This document shows, piece after piece, positions 30,544 through 38,906 of a stretch of DNA of 64,000 nucleotides. The notes under the pieces are model-generated. The model was not told the DNA's origin. It ran no database searches and saw only the letters and a list, made by a program, of their open reading frames with translations. The DNA lies in contig JBCCHT010000001.1 in assembly GCA_039028615.1 (NCBI GenBank), forward strand, positions 128,001 to 192,000, written 5' to 3'. Source of the stretch: Myxococcota bacterium. Its GTDB lineage: Bacteria > Myxococcota_A > Polyangia > Nannocystales > Nannocystaceae. The translations under genes and the position numbers were made by a program. The stretch's first letter is position 1. Each line of letters opens with the position of its first letter.

Positions 30544-32830
30544 GAAGGCGGACGGAGGGAAGGTCACCGTTTCCCTGGACCGCCTTCGCCGACACACGCT
30601 GATCAGCGGTGTGACGGGGATGGGTAAGAGCCGCTTCCTTGAGCACCTGCTCTTCGAACTGCTGCGCCTTCGTCGAGAGGGATGCAAGCTCGGCATCGGA
30701 CTCATCGACCCCGTGGGCGAGGTCTTCGATGCCACCAAGGCCTACTTGGCCTCCCTTTGCCTTCGCTACCGCGCGGCAGAGCTCGGGTCGCCGCCAGCGC
30801 TTGCGGCCCGCATCCAATCGAAGCGAGAGGCCCTGACCCGAAGCTTGGCGCTCATCGACTTCACCGACGAGCATTGCGGTGGCTGGCGCCTGAACCCGCT
30901 GGAGCGCCGTGCCGGCTTCAGTACTGGCGAGACGGTGGGGGAGCTGCTTCGCGTGATGGAACGCGTGCTGGGCTCGATGACCGAGATGAGGCGACTTCAG
31001 GCGCTGCTACGGAGCGTGCTGTCGGTCCTCGTGGAGACCGAAGGCGCCACCCTTCGAGACGCCGTAGACCTGCTGGTGGCCGACAGCGAGAGCTTGGTCG
31101 AGTTCATCGATGAGCTGGAACGTCGGCGCCAACAAGGAACGCTGCGCCTGCCCCTGAGACGATCGATCGTGGAGATCTATTTCCGCGATCTCTTCTTGAC
31201 CACCTCGAGACGCGAGCGCCGAGAGCTCATCGCCTCGACGATGCATGCCCTGAACGTCTTCCTTGCCGACGAGCGGGCGGCCACCTTTTTGGGCGCCCCC
31301 CGGGGAAACCTCGACCTCGAGGCGATCGTCTCGAGCGGAGGGGCGCTCCTGGTCAAGCTGCCGGCCAGCCTGGACCTCAACACCCAGAAGGTACTGGGAA
31401 CGCTCCTGGTCAGCCGTATCGAACTGCTGGCGCGCCGGCGCAAGGTGCCCGACGTCAAGGCGGGGCGGGAGCCTCTGTTCGCGCTCATGGTCGACGAGTT
31501 CCAGGATTTCGTGGGCCCTCACTGGGCCCAAACCTTCGCCCAACTTCGCAACTACGGGTTGATGATGGTCGTGAGCCACCAGACCCGAGCACAGCTGGAG
31601 AGCAGCGACGAGATGAAGGCGCTGTATCGGGCGGTGTCGGCGAACACCGAACTCAAGGTGCATTTTCGTCAGCCGCTCGACCCCGACGCCTTGGCGGCAG
31701 CCCCGATGATCTTCCGCCCCGAAGGCCGGCGACTTCGTCGTATCGCCGTCGACCGAAGTCGCAGCCGCTCCCAAACCCGCAGTCTCCAACGCGCTCAGTC
31801 CCGCTCCCTGTCGGTGAGCCTGAGCCATGGCCTGAGCCACAGCATCACCCACACCTTCTCCGTGGGCCAAGGGCAGAGCGTTTCGTTTTCTAGCTCCGAG
31901 GGGCGAACGCAGGTGGAGACCGAGTCCCTGTCGATCAGCACGGGGGAGAACTGGTCGAGTGTCATCAATAAGTCCACCGGGCTCTCGGTGACCCAGAGCG
32001 CCAGCCAGACCCAGGTACGTGGGGGCAGCCTGGCGATGGGCCAAGCCAAAAGCCGAGGCCAGTCGCACTCAAGCAGCAGCAGCCACGGTCAGTCTTGGGG
32101 TCAATTCGAGGGCGAGGGGCTCTCGCTGGCGGTGGGCTATGACCCGGCTTTGGGAGCTGCGCTCGCCCGCGATCATCGCTCCTCCAGCCAGGGGGCATCA
32201 CGGGGGCATTCCAGCACCCAGAGCACGAGCTTGGCCCGAAGCTTCGGTCAGGCCGTCAGCCAGGTCATTTCCCAGGCCCAATCCCTCGCCGAAGGCCAGA
32301 GCCTTGGCCAGGCGCGAAGCAACAGCGAGGGGCTCTCGCTGGGCCGCGGTGGGAGTCGCAGCCGAAGCCAGGGGCATTCCTTGGCGCAGGGTATCTCGCT
32401 CGTCGAGTCCTGCATGCAGGGGTTTAGCCGTAGCTTCACCCAGGCCCAGGCCCGTGGCCTGACCGAGCAGGTCAGCCGCAGCCGCAGCCAAGGCCTGAGC
32501 GTCACCCGAACCGTGAGCGAGGGAGACAGCACCGCCGAAGGCCATACCGAACGCGAAGAGCTGTACTCCGTGGCCGAGGAAGTGCAGCTCCGCGCCTATG
32601 AGCTCTCGTGCCTGCCACCCCGGCAGGCCTGGGTGCTGCTGGGCGCCGGGGAGGCCCACAAGATCCGCACGCTCGAGGTGCCCGACCATTTCCCCTGCCG
32701 CTGGGGCCCCCTCGATGGGCAGCAGCTCCTCGAATGCAGCACAGCTCCGCCTCCCTCCCCTCCCGAATCCCGCTTCCCACTCCTTGAACGAGAGCGCCGA
32801 CGTCGGCCTGTCGGCCATGGCGACCCATGA
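30512..32830 (+). CDS. VirD4/TraD-like (type IV coupling, FtsK-HerA superfamily) ATPase with a 266-aa Ser/Gly-alternating insert
   Basis: RHTLISGVTGMGKS Walker A, LIDPVGE, LNPL, LMVDEFQDF Walker B, LRNYGL..SHQ..QL; TTG start at 30512 is likely (ORF is open from 30410). Confidence 0.85.
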   Translation: MNDTATIALAEKADGGKVTVSLDRLRRHTLISGVTGMGKSRFLEHLLFELLRLRREGCKLGIGLIDPVGEVFDATKAYLASLCLRYRAAELGSPPALAARIQSKREALTRSLALIDFTDEHCGGWRLNPLERRAGFSTGETVGELLRVMERVLGSMTEMRRLQALLRSVLSVLVETEGATLRDAVDLLVADSESLVEFIDELERRRQQGTLRLPLRRSIVEIYFRDLFLTTSRRERRELIASTMHALNVFLADERAATFLGAPRGNLDLEAIVSSGGALLVKLPASLDLNTQKVLGTLLVSRIELLARRRKVPDVKAGREPLFALMVDEFQDFVGPHWAQTFAQLRNYGLMMVVSHQTRAQLESSDEMKALYRAVSANTELKVHFRQPLDPDALAAAPMIFRPEGRRLRRIAVDRSRSRSQTRSLQRAQSRSLSVSLSHGLSHSITHTFSVGQGQSVSFSSSEGRTQVETESLSISTGENWSSVINKSTGLSVTQSASQTQVRGGSLAMGQAKSRGQSHSSSSSHGQSWGQFEGEGLSLAVGYDPALGAALARDHRSSSQGASRGHSSTQSTSLARSFGQAVSQVISQAQSLAEGQSLGQARSNSEGLSLGRGGSRSRSQGHSLAQGISLVESCMQGFSRSFTQAQARGLTEQVSRSRSQGLSVTRTVSEGDSTAEGHTEREELYSVAEEVQLRAYELSCLPPRQAWVLLGAGEAHKIRTLEVPDHFPCRWGPLDGQQLLECSTAPPPSPPESRFPLLERERRRRPVGHGDP

Positions 32831-33894
32831 GCGCTTCTTCCCTCACCAAGGCCATCAACTTGGCGAGCGGGGGGGCTGCCGGGCAGTCCCACGTGACCAG
32901 ACGTGCCGGCACCGACACCCCGCGAAAACGGACCAGTGCTCGACCTTCGCCGGTGTCAGGGGGGATCTTGGCCGAGGGGGACATCGAGTTGATCCAAGCC
33001 CTCTACCGCTATCGTTACCTTCGCTCCGGGCAGCTTTCCAGGCTCACGGAGCGAAGTTCCCAAGTGATCCGGCGGCGGCTTCGTTGGCTCGCGGGGCAGG
33101 GCTACGTCCAGATGCTCGCGCGCGGCAAGGCCGAGCAGGCGGCCTACAGCCTGGCCCGGGGAGGTTTCGAGTTCGTGGCACATGCCAGCGGCGTGCCGGT
33201 CTCAGCGCTTCCGTTCTCGCGGAAGATCGATGAGAACAAAACCGCCTCGTTCTTCTGGCGTCACACGATGCTCGTCAACGACGTGGTGATCGCCTTCGAG
33301 CAAGCGCTCGAGGAGCATCCCCGGCTCGCTTTGGAAGAAGTCATCCAAGAATGGGAGCTGGCCGATCCTCGAGCCAAGGCGCACCATCGGCGGTTCCGCT
33401 TGTCCGAGCGTTTCGAGGAAGGGGGGCGCGTGCTCATCCATCGGCCAGATGCCTGCCTTCTGCTGCGCCCCCGAGGCGAAGACGGGGCGCCTCTGGTGGC
33501 GGCCTATCTTGAAGCCGATCGCGCCACTGAGCCCCTGCGCCGCATCCGAGGCAAGATCGAGGGGTTCTACGCCTACTGGCTTCGTGAGCGATTCGTGACC
33601 CTTCGCGCCACCAGCATGCGAGTGCTCTTCGTCTTGGGGAACGTCCGCACCGACAAACGCATCCGCTCGATGCAGCGAACCCTTGAGACCTTCGCGAAGG
33701 AACTAGCTACAAGGCGTGGCAACCACGAAGCCAAGCGCTTTGTTTCCCTCTTCCGGTTCGCGCGGGCCGGCGCACTCGGCCCGGGGGTCATCGATGAAGC
33801 GCTTTGGATGCGGGGACTTGAGCAGGTGCCCTCGCCCTTCTTGGCGAAGACCAACCCACAGCTCGAGTTGCCCTTCGAAAAGCCGGCAGCGTAG
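32827..33894 (+). CDS. Replication-relaxation family protein (putative relaxase)
   Basis: Winged-helix N-terminus (LYRYRYLRSGQL...RRRLRWL), HTMLVNDV, RPDA, YLEADRATE, KIEGF; ATGA-coupled to the ATPase. Confidence 0.8.
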   Translation: MSASSLTKAINLASGGAAGQSHVTRRAGTDTPRKRTSARPSPVSGGILAEGDIELIQALYRYRYLRSGQLSRLTERSSQVIRRRLRWLAGQGYVQMLARGKAEQAAYSLARGGFEFVAHASGVPVSALPFSRKIDENKTASFFWRHTMLVNDVVIAFEQALEEHPRLALEEVIQEWELADPRAKAHHRRFRLSERFEEGGRVLIHRPDACLLLRPRGEDGAPLVAAYLEADRATEPLRRIRGKIEGFYAYWLRERFVTLRATSMRVLFVLGNVRTDKRIRSMQRTLETFAKELATRRGNHEAKRFVSLFRFARAGALGPGVIDEALWMRGLEQVPSPFLAKTNPQLELPFEKPAA

Positions 33895-34168
33895 TGGGGG
33901 TCATGCCGGTGGGTCTTTCCTGGTCCATGCGAAGGCGTCACCTGGCGCGCACCTTCATGCATGCTCGCCCAGCACACGCAGCCGCGCATCGTACCGTCCC
34001 CGCAGCCATCCGTACCAAGGCAACAAAAAATGCGAACGGGACATTCACGTCCTCGTTCGCATTCATGACGGCGGCAACCCAGCCGCCATGGGTATCCACC
34101 CCTCCGCCTGCGCCGACTCGAAGCCACTGGTTCCGGCCGTCTCGGCCGGTACCAGCAGGCGCTTCGAG

Positions 34169-34495
34169 CTATGCCGCCAGCGCCAACGGGGCGCAGGTCA
34201 GCGGCGACGGCTGGGGAGCAGCGGCGGCTCCCGAGGACCCCAGCGCAACACGAAGGATGCGCACTTCGGTGATCTTCAGGTCCTGCCTCATACGAGACCC
34301 AGCCTCTGCCAACGCAGCGTCCAAAGTGCGGGTAGCGTCCCGATGGACGACATCGCCGCCCACCAGCGAGACAACCCGAAAGCGGTCGAGGTGGGCTTCC
34401 TGCGACCGCTTGATTTTGGCTCGAGCACGGCGGCCTTCGCCCCATGCGTAGTTGACGCGATTTCTGATTACGAACTTCACTCTCGCTTGCTCCAT
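34169..34495 (-). CDS. Small hypothetical protein
   Basis: 108-aa ATG ORF just downstream of AT-rich palindromes. Confidence 0.35.
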   Translation of the reverse strand: MEQARVKFVIRNRVNYAWGEGRRARAKIKRSQEAHLDRFRVVSLVGGDVVHRDATRTLDAALAEAGSRMRQDLKITEVRILRVALGSSGAAAAPQPSPLTCAPLALAA

Positions 34496-34526
34496 CGCTC
34501 ACGCACGAACGTGAACATGAAATCAT

Positions 34527-34570
34527 AAAAGCAAATAGATTTGCTTTTTCAAAAGCAAGTTGATCAACTT
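34527..34570. promoter_or_regulatory. Paired AT-rich palindromes (operator-like)
   Basis: AAAAGCAAAT-ag-ATTTGCTTTT (34527-34548) and AAGTTGATCAACTT (34557-34570). Confidence 0.5.
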
Positions 34571-34596
34571 CTCGGTTTATCTAATGAAATCAGCAA

Positions 34597-36489
34597 TTAA
34601 AGCCATGCCTGCTCCACTCTGCGCACCAATTCAGCAACGTTCTCCGAGGGGAGCGCAAACAACGCCCAGAAGGAATCGTGCTGGTCGTCTCTACTGATCG
34701 CATACCGCGCACCATCGATGGCACCATCCATAAAACGGCTGCGGCCCTGAATAAAGTCGGTGACGCGAGCGGTTTCGTACTCGCCGTCGACCGTCGGAGC
34801 GAGCAAGAAACCCTGAGCACGACTGCCCTTACGCCGAACAACAACAATGTGCGTGCCTCCCTTGACCAAACGCAGCAAGGTTCGCCCGCGCCGAATCACC
34901 TCCTGCCCCTCGATCCGCACCGGCCCTCCAAGCTCCTGCTCAAGCTGGAGCCGAAGGGTCTCCAATAGCGCTTCGCGGCTCATCTCCGTGCCCCGGCCAA
35001 GCGCGTCGTGGATCTTCTCAAGGTGCTGAACCCGAAGCGGCAGGCCTTCTATGCCGGAGACATGCTCCTGAAGTAACCCCACCAAAGAATCGACGAAGCG
35101 TTCGGAGGCCTCGGGTTCCTGAGCGGGAACACCGGACAAGGCACGGGTGAGTTCCTCACGGGTACTGCCGACATCCCGCGCTTCGGCTCCTTCGGAAGAG
35201 GGTGAAACACCATCCAAGACCTCGTCGTTGGAGGATCCCTCATCAGGCCCCGGTGGTGTTCCGGGCAGATGGATCACCTTCGCAAGATTAGTTAGCTCAG
35301 CATCTCTAATTATATCAAAATTGCCATCACTGCGCAAGATCGCACGTTCCACAGCCGTAAGAACTGTTCCCTCCTGAACGAGGTAGACAGCAGACTGCTC
35401 CTTCAACCTCTGCCGAATCCGGTTCCCGTCCTCAGTCACCCTCTGCCGAAACCTCTCCGGGGTAGTGGGACCAATGGGATAGTCTAGTTCGGGCGCACCA
35501 CCGACTTCGACCGCATTGGTCCGATTGATCTGAGGCACTTCTGAGACCAGGATCTGCCGAACGCGAACGAAAGATGAAGGGTCGTCAGTGGCAAGCAAGT
35601 ACTGCCATTGGCCAAAGGCGACTTCATGGACAAGCATCATGCCTGTGACCCCCCAGTTACGAAGCAAGCTCCACCTGAGTTCCTCCCCCAGAGCGAGCTT
35701 TCCGAGTCGGCGATGAGTCGCAGCGACCCACCCCATCTCGCCAACGAAACGAGGGATATATCCCTCTGCCGACGTTTTTCGGTCGCAGCCAGGGTCGACG
35801 AGGGATACGACGGCCAAACGAACAGCCTGTGGCGCGGATTCGGCGGAAGGCCCCACTGTTTGTTCGTCGCAAATCACGACAGAGGGTTCCCCGCGAGTCA
35901 AGCCGCGCAAAATAACCAACTCGCTCCCATCGCTAACAGCGGAGGCAAGGGAGACAGATCTCCGAGCATGCTCCTGTTCATAGTCAGAGAAAGGCCTCCA
36001 AGGCTCAACTCGTACATCATGCCACTTCGCCCCGTCATATGCGCGACAAAGCCCCACCACTCCGCCGTAGGCGCATCGAACGATATCCGACAGACAGAGC
36101 TTCGAGACCACGGCTTCGTCACCCACAGCATAGGCCCCGGGGGGAAGGAACCCCCACATTTTTTCGGGAAAAGGACTCAACCGAATCGCGCCACCAGGAG
36201 TCGCCCGGTTCCAGTTGGTCACCCCAACCCCGAGCTGCTCCAAACAGTAGCGTCGATGTCCGTCAAGAAGCCGCTGTTCGTCCACCGTCAGAAGTGGTTT
36301 CTGTCCACGAATGCAGTCGAGCAAAGCCAACCGAGCAGCCGAAAGCTGATAGGCCATTCCAGCCGGGTTCAAGGACTTAAGTTCAGCGCGATCCTGCAAA
36401 GACAGTAGGAGTTTCTGAAGCTTCGGATTTTCCAAACGCCGACTGGTGCGAGCCGGCTTGAGAAGCGACAAATTGACCGTACCTACCAC
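34597..36489 (-). CDS. Hypothetical protein with ParB/Srx-like N-terminal motif
   Basis: VNLSLLKP...LQKLLLSL...GQKPLLTVDEQRLLDGHRRY..EQLG resembles ParB-N boxes I/II; the remainder is unrecognised. Confidence 0.55.
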   Translation of the reverse strand: MVGTVNLSLLKPARTSRRLENPKLQKLLLSLQDRAELKSLNPAGMAYQLSAARLALLDCIRGQKPLLTVDEQRLLDGHRRYCLEQLGVGVTNWNRATPGGAIRLSPFPEKMWGFLPPGAYAVGDEAVVSKLCLSDIVRCAYGGVVGLCRAYDGAKWHDVRVEPWRPFSDYEQEHARRSVSLASAVSDGSELVILRGLTRGEPSVVICDEQTVGPSAESAPQAVRLAVVSLVDPGCDRKTSAEGYIPRFVGEMGWVAATHRRLGKLALGEELRWSLLRNWGVTGMMLVHEVAFGQWQYLLATDDPSSFVRVRQILVSEVPQINRTNAVEVGGAPELDYPIGPTTPERFRQRVTEDGNRIRQRLKEQSAVYLVQEGTVLTAVERAILRSDGNFDIIRDAELTNLAKVIHLPGTPPGPDEGSSNDEVLDGVSPSSEGAEARDVGSTREELTRALSGVPAQEPEASERFVDSLVGLLQEHVSGIEGLPLRVQHLEKIHDALGRGTEMSREALLETLRLQLEQELGGPVRIEGQEVIRRGRTLLRLVKGGTHIVVVRRKGSRAQGFLLAPTVDGEYETARVTDFIQGRSRFMDGAIDGARYAISRDDQHDSFWALFALPSENVAELVRRVEQAWL

Positions 36490-38477
36490 GACTCGCCCTC
36501 CTCGCGGTCAATTTCTCCGATCGAAGCCAGCATCAGCAGGTCGATGTGTCCAACTCTGGCAGCACTACGAACGGTGAATCCTCCAGAAACTACCGCAGAG
36601 CCCTCCAAGGGTGAGTCAGGAATCGCGAGCGGTAGGACCTCCGCGATCTGTTCTCGTTCTGCGTCATTACGTTGCGCCACTCTTTGGTGGCCCCCCTCCC
36701 CTTCAACGGAATGCTCTTTCGTGACTCGTTCACGATGCTCATGCTCATGCTCGGTATCAGGACCTTCGACGCGACTACCGACATCTGAAGAGCGAACGAA
36801 CGACTTCTCGGGCCGGGGTTCGTCGTGGGCCCCGGCGATATCGCCTGGAATTTGGTTCTCGTCCGTTGCAGCAGGATTCGGCACCGACAGATCAACTTGG
36901 TAAGAACCACTAGTCGGTTCATCAGGTTGAATGGGACCAGTAGGCTTGTCCCCAACGGTAGCGGGCTCCTGGTCTCCCCCATTCGATGGAGGTGGCATCA
37001 GTGACTGTACATCCACACCACTAAGCCAGCGGCGCAGTACGACATAGTCCGCAGGAGGGACCACCAACCCCAGCTGCTGCTGCCCCTCCAAGTGGAGCTG
37101 AAAGTCGTAGACCCAACACGACCGCCAAATCATCACGAGAACTGCGAAGAGCCCCACCAACATCAACAGGCTGAGAAACGTCCACCCTTCTGACCAAGGC
37201 AGACCCACAAGAAATAGTACCAGGAAAGCTATTCCAAACATTCCCTCGAACCACCGCCTTTTCCGAACTCGATGCCAGCGTACATCTGCTCGAGAGACAA
37301 TGACCCATTCCTCGCGCCTTCCCGTCGCAAATACTAGAAAGTCTGAATACAGCCTCAAGCCGAAAAGAGCCACATGAGGACCCGAACAAACCCTCTCAAC
37401 TTCCCTTTCGATCTTCTTCCCGCTATCGCCGCTCCCCAAGCGGCGGCCTTGGACAACAAAATACCTCCACCATCGTCGCAGGAATGTCTTCTTTGTTTTC
37501 TTCCATCCCCAAAGCATCAACTTGGCCAGGAAGTACTCAGTTTCATTGCCAGTGTACCTAGGTACCTGGTCAGAGCCATCTATCAGACCTTTGACGAAAT
37601 TGAGAAAATGCCCGACAAGGATCCAGCCAGCTACCAGGGCAAGAATCAGGAAGCACACGCTGACAAAGACAAATACAAGGGCGAACAGCGGAGGATCTTT
37701 GGGTTTAATCTTCGAGTCTCTGAACACCTCTTCCACCGCCAGGCTCAGCGTGTCGAGCCCGCGGGCCAGAGGAGCCCGTATGGAGCTATCGGTTAGATTC
37801 AGTGGTCCCTCGAGGCAGTAGTACTGAGCGCTCTCGCTGACGTACGCGAACGCCCCTTCGGGACCGACACCGCCAGGAGGGTCGAAATGGCGCGACTGGT
37901 GCTCTTCTACGACCATACGACGAGCACGAATCCCACATGGAGAATCGGCTTTAACGGCAGACATCGACAGACGAGGCCGATCAAACGGCTCCCGAATTTC
38001 CACCGGGTTGGGCCTGCACTCACCCGAAGGGCCAGATACTTGTGGCCAGTACCCGTTTAGGAGAAGGACATCCACGCCCTCGACTTGGCCGTGGCTTGCA
38101 AACGCCCCCTGTACGTCACCCTGGACTTCGGTCAGGGCCAAGACCACGGGAATAGGCAGAGGCTTGTCGACTTCAAGAACGAACCGCCCATCGCCGACAG
38201 CGATGGACCCCGTCGAACCAGCCTCAACCTTGGCCACGGCTCCATACTCGTGCTCGGGGAGCGCTTGCGAGCCACACGGATCTCCTGCACCAGGAGACTC
38301 GCTCTTCAGCGGCAACTCGACGTTTTCACTGATTTGCTCCGCCGTGTCGTGAATGCTCCAGACCATCCCTCCGACCAGCAGGACCAACACAACCAACGCA
38401 GCAAACGGTTGCCAAGAACTGGAGGTCGTGGAGCCGGCTGTGGGTTGCTCTTGCTTGGGAGGCTGGCTCATCGTCAT
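36483..38477 (-). CDS. Multi-pass membrane protein with Cys-containing extracytoplasmic domain and acidic tail
   Basis: About four hydrophobic segments; overlaps the downstream gene by 7 nt; ORF is open to 38513. Confidence 0.65.
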   Translation of the reverse strand: MTMSQPPKQEQPTAGSTTSSSWQPFAALVVLVLLVGGMVWSIHDTAEQISENVELPLKSESPGAGDPCGSQALPEHEYGAVAKVEAGSTGSIAVGDGRFVLEVDKPLPIPVVLALTEVQGDVQGAFASHGQVEGVDVLLLNGYWPQVSGPSGECRPNPVEIREPFDRPRLSMSAVKADSPCGIRARRMVVEEHQSRHFDPPGGVGPEGAFAYVSESAQYYCLEGPLNLTDSSIRAPLARGLDTLSLAVEEVFRDSKIKPKDPPLFALVFVFVSVCFLILALVAGWILVGHFLNFVKGLIDGSDQVPRYTGNETEYFLAKLMLWGWKKTKKTFLRRWWRYFVVQGRRLGSGDSGKKIEREVERVCSGPHVALFGLRLYSDFLVFATGRREEWVIVSRADVRWHRVRKRRWFEGMFGIAFLVLFLVGLPWSEGWTFLSLLMLVGLFAVLVMIWRSCWVYDFQLHLEGQQQLGLVVPPADYVVLRRWLSGVDVQSLMPPPSNGGDQEPATVGDKPTGPIQPDEPTSGSYQVDLSVPNPAATDENQIPGDIAGAHDEPRPEKSFVRSSDVGSRVEGPDTEHEHEHRERVTKEHSVEGEGGHQRVAQRNDAEREQIAEVLPLAIPDSPLEGSAVVSGGFTVRSAARVGHIDLLMLASIGEIDREEGESW

Positions 38478-38543
38478 CCGGGAGGCACCCGGCCCTCGAA
38501 AGGAGTGTGCCACCCAACCACTCAGGCGCGCGAGCTTGCCCTT

Positions 38544-38822
38544 TCAGGGTGCTTTCTTCGGCCGCCCTCGACCGGCACGCTCCAGCGCGGTGGGGGCAAA
38601 GAGCGCCCCGACCTCCACCTCGAGCTTGACGGCCAGGTCCACGAGCAAGTCAAAGCCCGGTGCCGAATCACCGCTCTCGATGAGCTGGAGGTGCCGAAGC
38701 TCGATCTCTAGCGTCTGCGCGAGTGCCGCCTGAGTCAGGCCTCGCCCCCGTCGCAAGCGGCTCACGTTTGCCGCAACCCACAGCCTCGCCTGGTGGGCGT
38801 TTTTGGACCGGCGACGAGGCAT
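38544..38822 (-). CDS. XRE-family HTH regulator
   Basis: NVSRLRRGRGLTQAALA...LQLIESG..APG..LLVDLA..LEV. Confidence 0.88.
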   Translation of the reverse strand: MPRRRSKNAHQARLWVAANVSRLRRGRGLTQAALAQTLEIELRHLQLIESGDSAPGFDLLVDLAVKLEVEVGALFAPTALERAGRGRPKKAP

Positions 38823-38857
38823 CGAGTCTAGAGGGCTATCGCCGCCTACAAAAGCTA

Positions 38858-38880
38858 AAAACGAAATATGATTTCGTTTT
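38858..38880. promoter_or_regulatory. Palindromic operator between the XRE gene and the divergent MORN gene
   Basis: AAAACGAAAT-atg-ATTTCGTTTT, perfect 10-bp arms. Confidence 0.6.
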
Positions 38881-38906
38881 AATCGAGAACTGCGGACCAT
38901 CACCGC

